Origin: Planctomycetota bacterium
GTDB lineage: Bacteria > Planctomycetota > PLA2 > JAEUHO01
Length of the DNA stretch: 51,168 bases
Assembly: GCA_050248855.1 (NCBI GenBank)
Contig: JBFWRP010000014.1
Coordinates: 60,907-112,074 of the forward strand
Direction: 5' to 3'
In this document: piece after piece, positions 38,375 through 48,326 of the stretch
Layout of the letters: each line of letters opens with the position of its first letter
Numbering within the stretch: the first letter of the stretch is position 1
Notes under the pieces: model-generated
Databases searched by the model: none
What the model was told of the DNA's origin: nothing
The model's input: only the letters and a program-made list of their open reading frames with translations
Made by a program: the position numbers and the translations under genes

Positions 38375-39633
38375 CGGCAGCCTCCCTCCCCACCACCGGG
38401 CGCGGCCCGCTCGCGGCGGAGATCGCCCACGTGCGCGCGCAGTACCCCGCCCTCGGTCGACGCGTGCACGGCAAGCCCCTCGTGTACCTGGACAACGCGG
38501 CGACGACGCAGAGGCCGCTGGCCGTGCTCGATGCCGTGCGCGAGCAGGCCATGTGGCACAACGCCAACGTCCACCGCGGCGTGCACCTCCTCAGCCAAGA
38601 GGCCACCGAGCGCTACGAGGCGGCGCGACACACCGTCCGCACGTTCCTCGGCGCAGCCGACGATCGCGAGATCGTGTTCGTACGGGGCACGACGGAGGCG
38701 CTCAACCTGGCCGCCGCCACGTTGGCCGCCACGCGTCTGGGCCCAGGTCGCGACGTGCTGCTCACGGGCATGGAGCATCACAGCAACATCGTGCCGTGGC
38801 AGCTGGCCTGCCAGTCCTCGGGGGCGTCGCTGCGCGTCGTGCCGATCCTGGACGACGGCTCGCTCGACATGGAGGCCTTCGACCGCCTGCTCGACGAGGG
38901 TGTCGCCGTGATGGCGATCATCCATACGAGCAACGCGCTCGGTACGGTCAACCCCGTCCAGGCCATGTGCGCGAAGGCCCGCGCCGTCGGCGCCCTCTCC
39001 GTCGTGGACGGCGCGCAGGCCGTGCCCCACGGGCCCGTGGACGTGCAAGCCCTCGGCGCCGACCTGTTCGCATTCAGCGGGCACAAGGTGTACGGGCCGA
39101 CGGGCATCGGCGCGCTCTACGGCCGCGCCGAGCTGCTCGAAGCGCTCCCCCCGTGGCAGGGCGGTGGCGACATGATCCGCACCGTCTCCTTCGAGGGCTC
39201 CACCTGGGCCGATCCGCCCGCCCGCTTCGAGGCCGGCACACCGAACATCACGGGCGCCGTCGGCTTGGCCGCGGCGATCGACCACGTGACGGCGCTCGGG
39301 CTGGAGCGGATCGCCGCCCACGAGGCCGACCTGCTGGCTTACGCGACGGCGCGCCTCCTCGCGGACGTCCCCGGCGTGCGCTTGATCGGCACCGCGCCCG
39401 TCAAGGCGGGCGTGCTCTCGTTCACGCTCGACGGGGTCCACCCCCACGACATCGGCACCGTGCTCGACTACGAGGGGATTGCCATCCGCACGGGCCACCA
39501 CTGCGCGCAGCCGGTCATGGACCGCTTCGGCGTGCCGGCCACGGCCCGCGCCTCCTTCGGCCTCTACACGACGCGCGAGGAGGTCGATGCGCTGGTCGTC
39601 GGCCTGCATCGCGTCCGGGAGATGCTCGGATGA
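38371..39633 (+). CDS. sufS: Cysteine desulfurase
   Basis: YLDNAATTQ, ANVHRG, EHHSNIVPW, SGHK, FEAGTP, RTGHHCAQP. Confidence 0.97.
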   Translation: MTAASLPTTGRGPLAAEIAHVRAQYPALGRRVHGKPLVYLDNAATTQRPLAVLDAVREQAMWHNANVHRGVHLLSQEATERYEAARHTVRTFLGAADDREIVFVRGTTEALNLAAATLAATRLGPGRDVLLTGMEHHSNIVPWQLACQSSGASLRVVPILDDGSLDMEAFDRLLDEGVAVMAIIHTSNALGTVNPVQAMCAKARAVGALSVVDGAQAVPHGPVDVQALGADLFAFSGHKVYGPTGIGALYGRAELLEALPPWQGGGDMIRTVSFEGSTWADPPARFEAGTPNITGAVGLAAAIDHVTALGLERIAAHEADLLAYATARLLADVPGVRLIGTAPVKAGVLSFTLDGVHPHDIGTVLDYEGIAIRTGHHCAQPVMDRFGVPATARASFGLYTTREEVDALVVGLHRVREMLG

Positions 39634-40079
39634 GCGACCTGCGCGAGCTGTACCAGGAGCTGATCCTCGACCACGGCAAGCACCCGCGGAACTTCGGCGC
39701 GCCCGAGCACGCCGACCGCGAGGCCAAGGGGCACAACCCGCTCTGCGGCGACCGGCTGACCGTGTACCTCGTCCTGGACGGCGACCGCATCGCAGACGCG
39801 CGGTTCGATGGCGCCGGATGCGCCATCTCCACCGCCTCGGCCAGCCTCATGACGGAGACGCTGAAGGGCCGCACCCTGGCCGACGCGAAGCGGATCTTCG
39901 CCCTGTTCCACGACTTGGTGACCGGCAGGCGCGCGCAGCTGGACGACCCCGAGCTGGAGAAGCTCGAGGTCTTCGCCGGCGTCAGCGAGTTCCCGGTCCG
40001 CGTCAAGTGCGCAACGCTGGCGTGGCACACGCTCCAAGCCGCGACCGAGTCCTCGTCCGACGCCGTCAGCACGGAGTAG
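39630..40079 (+). CDS. sufU: SufU (NifU-family) sulfur-transfer protein
   Basis: LYQELILDH, HNPLCGD, GCAISTASAS, RVKCATLAWH. Confidence 0.95.
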   Translation: MSDLRELYQELILDHGKHPRNFGAPEHADREAKGHNPLCGDRLTVYLVLDGDRIADARFDGAGCAISTASASLMTETLKGRTLADAKRIFALFHDLVTGRRAQLDDPELEKLEVFAGVSEFPVRVKCATLAWHTLQAATESSSDAVSTE

Positions 40080-40085
40080 ATCGAC

Positions 40086-40487
40086 ATGTCCGACGACACC
40101 CCCGCGGCCCCGCCGCCGCCCGAGGGCGAAGGCGCCGCCGCCGAGCCCAAGCGCCCGCGCATCCTCACGGACCTCGTGGAGAAGCCACTGGAGGAGCAGG
40201 TCGTGGACGCCCTGCGCTCCGTCTTCGACCCGGAGATCCCGGTCAACATCTACGACCTCGGGCTGATCTACGACGTCGAGGTCGATCCCGTCAAGGCCCA
40301 CGTCCACGTGCGCATGACGCTGACGAGCCCCGCGTGCCCCGTGGCCGGCAGCCTCCCCGGTGAGGTCCAGCTCCGCTTGCAGGAGCTCGAAGGCATCGAC
40401 ACCGCGGAGATCGAGCTGGTCTGGGACCCGCCGTGGACGCGCGACATGCTCTCCGAAGAGGCGCGCCTGCAGCTCGGCCTCGCCTGA
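40086..40487 (+). CDS. DUF59/SufT-family Fe-S assembly protein
   Basis: VFDPEIPVNIYDLGLIY, MTLTSPACP, VWDPPW. Confidence 0.92.
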   Translation: MSDDTPAAPPPPEGEGAAAEPKRPRILTDLVEKPLEEQVVDALRSVFDPEIPVNIYDLGLIYDVEVDPVKAHVHVRMTLTSPACPVAGSLPGEVQLRLQELEGIDTAEIELVWDPPWTRDMLSEEARLQLGLA

Positions 40488-40505
40488 GCCTGCGCGGATG
40501 TGTCA

Positions 40506-40770
40506 CCGCGGCGCCGCGCAGCGGCAACGTGGGCATGGTGCCTGATACGTAGGGGTCGTGGTCGCCGGCGGGCGATCGTCGCACTTCGGTGTCTGACACC
40601 GCGCCACCGTCGCTATCGCTCCGAGGCGCAGGTTCAGACACCTCCGCGCGCCTCGCGACCCCGGATGTGTCAGGACCCTTGCCGCGGCGCCGCAGAGCGG
40701 CAACGTGGGCAAGGTGCCTGACACGCAGGGGTCGCGGTCCGACGGACGGCGAACGTCGCGCTTCGGTGTC
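40506..40770. repeat. Repeat family D: ~88-bp imperfect direct repeat with GGTGYCTGACAC-type short palindromes
   Basis: 40506-40593 matches 40682-40770. Motif variants at 40537, 40588 (cggtgtc-t-gacaccg), 40631, ~40667 and 40713. Confidence 0.85.
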
Positions 40771-40786
40771 GGGTTGCTCCACGCTC

Positions 40787-40994
40787 GTTCCGCGCTCCCG
40801 CGCGGATTCGGTGCTCCGGCTTCGCCTGCGCAGCAGGGGGGCTATTCCGTTCCGCCATCTTCCGCCCGCGCAAGGGGACACTTGCTCGAAGCACCGCAGT
40901 GCAGTCGCTCCGCGCTCCCGCGCGGATTCGGTGCTCCGGCTTCGCCTGCGCAGCAGGGGGGCTATTCCGTACCCCCCCTGCACCCCTCACGGGG
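40787..40994. repeat. Second copy of repeat family B (one 120-bp unit plus terminal unit)
   Basis: Units at 40799 and 40919 align with those at 18931 and 19051, in the same orientation and with the same terminal hairpin. Confidence 0.95.
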
Positions 40995-41041
40995 GTCGCG
41001 GTCCGACGTTCGCCGGGGGCCCGGCCCCGGGCTCGGTATAC

Positions 41042-42379
41042 ATGACCGCCATGCCTCGCGTCTCGCGCGCCTTGTTCCTCGTGCTGACCGTCGTGCTCAC
41101 CGCATGCGGCGATACCGACGACGAAGGCTTGCCGCGAGACGCCGCGGCGCTGCTCGAGCTCCACCGCACGCACGCTGAGGCCGGGCGCTTCGACGAAGCC
41201 GGGCGCGCCCTGCAGGCGCTGACCGACTTGGCCGATCACGACGGTGCGCGTGCCGTCGAGATCGAGGCCATGGCCGCCGCGTGGGACGAGCGCCTGCGCG
41301 ATGGCGCGCGCCTGGGCGAGACCGCCTGGGTGACGCAGGCGCTTGGCGTGCTCGATCGCGCGGCGCGCCGCCCCGCCGCCACGCAAGCCGTCGAGGTGCT
41401 GCGTCTCGACGCGCTCGTCGTGGCGGCCGCCTACGCGTGGGATCACGACGACCCGGACAGCGCGGCCGGCCTCCTGCACGACATCGAAGGAGCCCTGGAA
41501 CGCGCGAGCACGGATGTCCAGAGCCGCGCCCTCCGCGCGAGAGCCTGGGGCGATGCGTTCCAAGCCGGCTTGGCGACCCAGGATGAGTCGCTGACCGCGC
41601 GCGCACTCGAGCGCCTCGACCATCTGGCACGCGCAGATGGATCGACGGCCGCCGAGCGGCGCACGTACCTGGACATGCTCGAGGTCGGCCAGCGCCACGT
41701 GCTCGCACAGGACCTGGTCGACGAGGCGGCCGCCCTGCGCGCCCGCGCCGCGGAGATCGCCGATCGCCCTGGCGCCACGTCGGACGATCGCGTGGCGCTC
41801 GTCCGCATGCTGGGCGTGGCCGCCGTCCACGACGCGCTCGGGGGGCGTGACCGCGCACTGGGTTGGCTCGAAGAGGCCACGCGCCGGCTGGACGGCCTCG
41901 ACGCCGCGGGCCCGGACAAGGAGGACGCCCGCGCGTGGCTCGACGCGCAGCGCTTCCTCGTGCATCGCGCTCGTCGCGACACGTCCGCCGCACGCGACGT
42001 CCTGCACCGCCTGGAGGGCGGCGTGGCGGCCCCCGATGCCCGGCCCGCGCAGCTCGAGGCGCTGGCTACGGCCTGGGCGGCCAGCGTGCGCGACGTGGCG
42101 GAACCCGGACAGCGCGCCCATCTGCTCGAGGCGCTCGAGCTGCTGGCCCGCAGGCCCGAGGCCGGGGAGCGTGTCCTCGTGGACCTGGGGCGTGCGTTGG
42201 TCGGCGCCGCCGAACGCGCCCGCGCCGACGGTCACGGCGAGGAGGCTGCCGGCTACCTGGCCAAGCTGCGTGGCGGCGCCGAGGGCGCCCGGGACCCCCA
42301 GGTCCGCGCGCGCCTCGCCGAGCTGTTGGCCGCCGCGGAGGCCGGCGCCAACGTCGCCGCTTCCGACGTACCGCGCTGA
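41042..42379 (+). CDS. Alpha-helical (TPR-like) hypothetical lipoprotein
   Basis: Lipobox LTACG and Ala/Leu/Arg-rich helical repeats. Start could be 41042 or 41051. Confidence 0.75.
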   Translation: MTAMPRVSRALFLVLTVVLTACGDTDDEGLPRDAAALLELHRTHAEAGRFDEAGRALQALTDLADHDGARAVEIEAMAAAWDERLRDGARLGETAWVTQALGVLDRAARRPAATQAVEVLRLDALVVAAAYAWDHDDPDSAAGLLHDIEGALERASTDVQSRALRARAWGDAFQAGLATQDESLTARALERLDHLARADGSTAAERRTYLDMLEVGQRHVLAQDLVDEAAALRARAAEIADRPGATSDDRVALVRMLGVAAVHDALGGRDRALGWLEEATRRLDGLDAAGPDKEDARAWLDAQRFLVHRARRDTSAARDVLHRLEGGVAAPDARPAQLEALATAWAASVRDVAEPGQRAHLLEALELLARRPEAGERVLVDLGRALVGAAERARADGHGEEAAGYLAKLRGGAEGARDPQVRARLAELLAAAEAGANVAASDVPR

Positions 42380-42450
42380 GAGGCTGAGCCAAGGCAGGCC
42401 GACGCACGAGGCTGGTTATCTTCCGCAGGCTCCAGGAGGCAGGGACCACC

Positions 42451-43359
42451 GTGGCGCCGGAAGCCCTCGAATCGCCGGTCTACGTCATCAACCTCGATCG
42501 ATCACCGGCTCGCCTCGCGCACATGACACGCGTGCTCCACGCGCTCGGCATCGACTTCGAGCGCATCCCCGCCGTCGATGGACGGCAGCTGACCGCCGTC
42601 GATCGACAGGACACCCCCCTCCAGCCGGGTGAGCACGGCTGCTTCCTCAGCCACCGCCAGGCGTGGCGATGCATCCTCGAACGAGGCGCCGAGGTGGCGA
42701 TCGTGCTCGAGGACGACGTGGTCCCCCATCCCGTGCTCGCCGAGCTCGTACGCGGCGGCTTGCGGCTGCCTCCGGACATCGACGTGCTCAAGCTGGATAC
42801 CACTTGGGAGCGCGTGCGACTCGGCCGGCGCGTCGGGGCCGCAGGCGGGACCCGCTGGCGCCGTCTCGCGAGCGTGCACTGGGCCACCGGAGGGTATGCC
42901 GTGTCTCGCGCCGGGGCCGGGCGGCTGCTCGCCGGCAGCGGGATCCTGCCGCCTCGTGACTCCGTGGACGCGTATCTCTACCTGCCCGTCGACGACGCGC
43001 GACGCGTCGCGGCGGGATGGACCCACGTGCCGCGCGCGGCGCAGTGCATCCCGGCACCCCTGATCAGCGCCCACCGCGTGGGCGATGACCCGGCCTTGGC
43101 CAGCACCTTGGCCGTCGAGAGGGCGCCGCTGTCCGTCGCCATGGTTCGCGCGCGCCGCCCGCGCTCGCGAACCGTCGCGGCGCGTCTGCGCAAGAACCTC
43201 TCGCGCCCCTTCCGCCGCTTGGCCTCCCACACCTCGCGGCTCTGGACGGCGCAGGTCGTCGACCGCTTGCGGCCCCGCGTGCCGTACGCCGATGGCCGCA
43301 CGGCGTGGCTCGTCGACGGCAAGCCCGTACGCCGCTTCCTGGACGAACGACAGGCTTGA
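42451..43359 (+). CDS. Glycosyltransferase family 25
   Basis: YVINLDRSPARL, FERIPAVDG, GEHGCFLSH, VLEDD, TGGYAVS..GA. Confidence 0.92.
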   Translation: MAPEALESPVYVINLDRSPARLAHMTRVLHALGIDFERIPAVDGRQLTAVDRQDTPLQPGEHGCFLSHRQAWRCILERGAEVAIVLEDDVVPHPVLAELVRGGLRLPPDIDVLKLDTTWERVRLGRRVGAAGGTRWRRLASVHWATGGYAVSRAGAGRLLAGSGILPPRDSVDAYLYLPVDDARRVAAGWTHVPRAAQCIPAPLISAHRVGDDPALASTLAVERAPLSVAMVRARRPRSRTVAARLRKNLSRPFRRLASHTSRLWTAQVVDRLRPRVPYADGRTAWLVDGKPVRRFLDERQA

Positions 43360-43482
43360 GAGCCTGGGAGGCAAGCTCGGGCTCGAGCGTCGGCGCGCCT
43401 TGGCAGGCCGCGCCCACGGGCACCTCGCAGGCCAGGCCTGCATGTCTGCCCAGCCCCGGAGCCAGCTGCCAGCCCTCGGGCC

Positions 43483-44241
43483 TCAACCCTCGACGAGAGC
43501 GCGAGCCAGCGGAAGCCAGTGGTCGTCGTGCGTGATGGCCGTCTCCACGCGGCCCTGTTCCACGAGCAGCCGACCGCGGCGGTCGTAGCGCAGCGAGACG
43601 TCGGACGGGGGGCGCGACGGCAGCGCGGCGGCTGCAGCGATCAGCTGCTCCCGCTCGTACAGCGACGGGCAGGCATCGCAGAGGCTGCCCAGCTGGGCCA
43701 TCAGGACGGAGTATCCCTCCCGACGCGCCTCCCGCTTGGCCTCGGCCTCCTCGGCGGTCAGCGCCGTGACCCAGAGATCCGCCGACCGGGAGGGTGGGGC
43801 CTGCTGCACGCGGTAGCGACCGGGCCTCGCCGCCTCCTCGTGGATGAGCGGGATCTCCCGGACGCGGACATGGGGACGACCCCTGAGCGCTCGGCGCACC
43901 AGGGGAAGTGCCATGTCGTGCACGGGGTTGTAGTACTCGATGGCGTCGCAGGCCACCTCGTCCGGCGCGAGCTTGTCAAGGGCCGCCCGCACGTCATCCG
44001 CCAGCGCGTGGAAGTAGTCGAGGTCACGACGGACCAGGGCGTCGTAGACGGAGGCCTCCGCGCGATCGAGGAACACCGTGGCTCCGGCATGCCCCAGGCG
44101 CTGCAGTCCGGCCCGCGTGTCGGCAACGCGATCGGCGCCTCCGCCGTCGGTGAGGAACACGAGCCCGGGCTGCCACCGGCGAACCAAGCCGTGTACGGCC
44201 GCTTCGTGGTTCGGGTGGCTGAACACGCAGACCCGGCGCAT
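43483..44241 (-). CDS. PIG-L/LmbE-like deacetylase-fold protein (variant motifs)
   Basis: VFSHPNHE, VFLTDGG and EYYNPVHD parallel the HPDDE / LTDG / HPDH layout. Confidence 0.6.
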   Translation of the reverse strand: MRRVCVFSHPNHEAAVHGLVRRWQPGLVFLTDGGGADRVADTRAGLQRLGHAGATVFLDRAEASVYDALVRRDLDYFHALADDVRAALDKLAPDEVACDAIEYYNPVHDMALPLVRRALRGRPHVRVREIPLIHEEAARPGRYRVQQAPPSRSADLWVTALTAEEAEAKREARREGYSVLMAQLGSLCDACPSLYEREQLIAAAAALPSRPPSDVSLRYDRRGRLLVEQGRVETAITHDDHWLPLARALVEG

Positions 44242-44495
44242 GCGTCCTCCCCCCGCGGGACCCCCGGCTGCGGGGCGCCGGGTGTAGCACGAGGGCTCCC
44301 TCCCCCGGAAGTCGAGGCTCTGCGGCCCCCCTCGGCGCTTCTTCCGGACGGGCCGTGCAAGCGCGGGTAGACTCCTGGCTCCGGTGGCCGTGACTGTCAC
44401 GGCGCCTTTCCCATGCTGCTCCGAGGCCCATCAACCTCTTGCAGGCGCCTCGTCGAGCGTGAGTCCGTATGCGAAATCGTTCCCACGGTGCATCC

Positions 44496-45776
<1,281 letters not shown>

Positions 45777-45846
45777 CGCCCAGCGCGCGCGCCGAGCCTG
45801 CGGTGCCGCCTGCGGCGGGGAAGGCGTACCGGCCCTGTCGATCGCC

Positions 45847-46815
45847 TCAGGCGGCCTCGGGTCCGGCGCGTGCGACCAGCTGCGCGAGCAGCTCGTCCCA
45901 GGCATCCATCGAGGCCAAGCGGTCGATGCCGCGGGCGCCTTGACGGAGCGTGCGCACGCCTTCGCCGCCCACGACGAGGCGGACGTGGGGCGCCAACAAG
46001 TCGCGGAGCGTGCGCAGGCGTTGCTCGGTCTCGAGGTTGCTCGAGTTGAGCGACACGCTGATGCCGACCACCTCGGCCCCCGTGGCGCCCGCGACGGCCT
46101 GGATCTCGCCGAGGGGCGTGTTCGTGCCGAGCACGTTGACACGCAAGCCCCGCGCTGCCGCGACGAGCGCGCCCATCTGCAGACCCAGCCCATGGTGCTC
46201 GCCGGCCAGCGTGGCCAGCAGCACGCGCGGCCGCGACGTCGTGATGGGATGGCGCTGCCGGAGCTGGCGCAGCTCGTCTTCGAGGACTTCGCTGGCGAGG
46301 TGCTCGTGGCCGACATCCAAGATGCCGTCGCGCCACTGCTCGCCGAGGCGGACCAGCAGAGGCGCGACGTGATCGCGCACCAGCTCGAGCGGCGAGGTTG
46401 CCCCAGCCAGCTCCCGCACCCAGCGGCGCAGGACGCCGACGTCGTACGCGCGCAGCGCTTCGAGAACGGTGTCCAGCGCACGATGCGATGCCGGCGGCTC
46501 CGGCTCGGGGACGGTCAAGAGCTTGTCGAGCTCTTCGTCGGAGAGGCGCAGGACCTGGTGCGGCCGGTGGCCGCGCGCAAGGGCCTCACCGATCCGCCGC
46601 AGCCACGGCACCATCGATTCCGGGTAGCGGCGGTGCCCGGAGGGCAGGCGGATCGCGGTCGGGCGCCCGTAGCGACGCTCCCACATCCGCACCTGCTCGG
46701 GGGACATGCCACCCGCCTCGGCCAGCTCCCCGATCGAGAGCAGCTGCTCGCCCGGCGGTAGATCAGGTGCCTGCGGACCGGCCTGGGGGGACTTGTTCGC
46801 GTTCTTGGTGGCCAT
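45847..46815 (-). CDS. MerR-HTH / adenosylcobalamin-binding photoreceptor repressor (CarH/LitR type)
   Basis: RMWERRYG...R..SGHRRY HTH, W-x9-EH (WRDGILDVGHEH) and EHHGLG B12 motifs. Confidence 0.92.
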   Translation of the reverse strand: MATKNANKSPQAGPQAPDLPPGEQLLSIGELAEAGGMSPEQVRMWERRYGRPTAIRLPSGHRRYPESMVPWLRRIGEALARGHRPHQVLRLSDEELDKLLTVPEPEPPASHRALDTVLEALRAYDVGVLRRWVRELAGATSPLELVRDHVAPLLVRLGEQWRDGILDVGHEHLASEVLEDELRQLRQRHPITTSRPRVLLATLAGEHHGLGLQMGALVAAARGLRVNVLGTNTPLGEIQAVAGATGAEVVGISVSLNSSNLETEQRLRTLRDLLAPHVRLVVGGEGVRTLRQGARGIDRLASMDAWDELLAQLVARAGPEAA

Positions 46816-46816
46816 G

Positions 46817-46867
46817 TGTCCAAGAATACATATGGACAAACCGTCCGTCCAGGTTTTCATTTGGACG
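46817..46867. promoter_or_regulatory. Tandem palindromic operator in the carH / target divergent promoter
   Basis: TGTCCA-N10-TGGACA (46817-46838) and CGTCCA-N10-TGGACG (46846-46867) in an AT-rich island. Confidence 0.7.
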
Positions 46868-46883
46868 TTGAAAGGAGCTTCCC

Positions 46884-48326
46884 ATGTCCCGCCGCTTCCA
46901 ACGCAGCTCCCGTCTGCCGGTCCCCCCCGCCTCCCTCTGGGCCTGGCACGCTCGCCCCGGCGCCTTCGAACGGCTGGCCCCGCCCTGGCAGGGTGTCCGG
47001 CGGGTGGGCCCCCACACCCCGCTCGTCGAGGGCAGCCGCGCCGCCTTCCGCATCAAGGCGGGCCCCCTCTGGCGCACGTGGGTGGCCCGCCACGAGGACG
47101 TCCGTCCTGGCCAGGGCTTCGTCGACGTGCAGGAGAAAGGCCCGTTCCCGGCGTGGCGCCACGAGCACCGCTTCGTGGTCGTCCCGGGGGGGAGCCAGCT
47201 CGAGGACGAGGTCACCTACCGACTCCCGCTCGGGCCCCTCGGCGCCCTCCTCGGCGGTCGCTTCGTGGCCCGCTCGCTGGAGCGAGCCTTCCGCTGGCGT
47301 CACGCCACGACGGCGGCCGACCTCGCGCGGCACGGAGCCACGTCGCTGGCCCCCCTCCGCATCCTCGTCAGCGGCTCGCACGGCTTGGTCGGCTCCTCGC
47401 TCGTCCCCTTCCTGCGTGCGGGGGGCCACGACGTGATCCGCTTGGTACGCGGTACGCCGGGCGCCGACGAGCGCGCTTGGGACCCCGCGGCGGACCGCCT
47501 GGACCCGTCCGTGTTCGAGGGCATCGACGCCGTCGTGCACCTGGCCGGCGAAAGCATCGCGAGCGGCCGCTGGAACGAAGCGCGCAAGCGGCGCATCCGC
47601 GAGAGTCGCGAGCACGGCACGCGGCTCGTCGCGGAGGCGATGGCCCGCGCGCCGCGGCCTCCGAAGGCACTCGTCGTCGCCTCGGCCATCGGCCTCTACG
47701 GCTCGCGAGGCGACGAGCTCCTCGATGAAGCGTCGACAGCGGGCAGCGACTTCCTGGCCGATGTCGTGACGGCCTGGGAAGGCGCCGCCGCGCCTGCCCG
47801 GGAGGTCGGCATCCGCACGGTGCATCTGCGGTTCGGCGTCATCCTCGATCCTCGCGGCGGTGCGCTGGCCAAGATGCTGCCGGCCTTCCGCCTGGGTGCA
47901 GGCGGGCGCGTCGGCTCGGGTGCGCAGTGGATGGGCTGGGTGGCGCACGAGGACGTGCTGGGCGGCATCCTCCACGCGTTGGCCACGCCGTCGCTGAGCG
48001 GCCCGGTCGTCATGGCGTCGCCCGAGCCCGTGCGCCAGAAGGACTTCGCCAAGACGCTGGGCCGCGTTCTCGGACGCCCGTCCTTCATGCCCCTGCCGGC
48101 CTTTGCGGCGCGACTGGCCTTCGGCGAAATGGCCGACGCACTGCTGCTCGCCAGCCAACGTCCGGTCCCCAAGCGGCTGCTCGAGAGCGGCTTCCGCTTC
48201 CGGCACGCCCACCTCGAGACGGCCCTGCGCCACATGCTCGGCCGCGGCGCACCGGACACGATCGAGACGCCGGAGACCACCTCCGTGCGTCGCCAGGAGC
48301 CCGCATGCATCACGACGTCATCGTGA
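46884..48326 (+). CDS. SRPBCC + TIGR01777-family NAD(P)-dependent oxidoreductase
   Basis: N-terminal FVDVQEKGPFPAWRHEHRF, then SGSHGLVG, HLAGESI, ASAIGLYG, LRFGVIL and LLASQR. AAGGAG RBS. Confidence 0.92.
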   Translation: MSRRFQRSSRLPVPPASLWAWHARPGAFERLAPPWQGVRRVGPHTPLVEGSRAAFRIKAGPLWRTWVARHEDVRPGQGFVDVQEKGPFPAWRHEHRFVVVPGGSQLEDEVTYRLPLGPLGALLGGRFVARSLERAFRWRHATTAADLARHGATSLAPLRILVSGSHGLVGSSLVPFLRAGGHDVIRLVRGTPGADERAWDPAADRLDPSVFEGIDAVVHLAGESIASGRWNEARKRRIRESREHGTRLVAEAMARAPRPPKALVVASAIGLYGSRGDELLDEASTAGSDFLADVVTAWEGAAAPAREVGIRTVHLRFGVILDPRGGALAKMLPAFRLGAGGRVGSGAQWMGWVAHEDVLGGILHALATPSLSGPVVMASPEPVRQKDFAKTLGRVLGRPSFMPLPAFAARLAFGEMADALLLASQRPVPKRLLESGFRFRHAHLETALRHMLGRGAPDTIETPETTSVRRQEPACITTSS

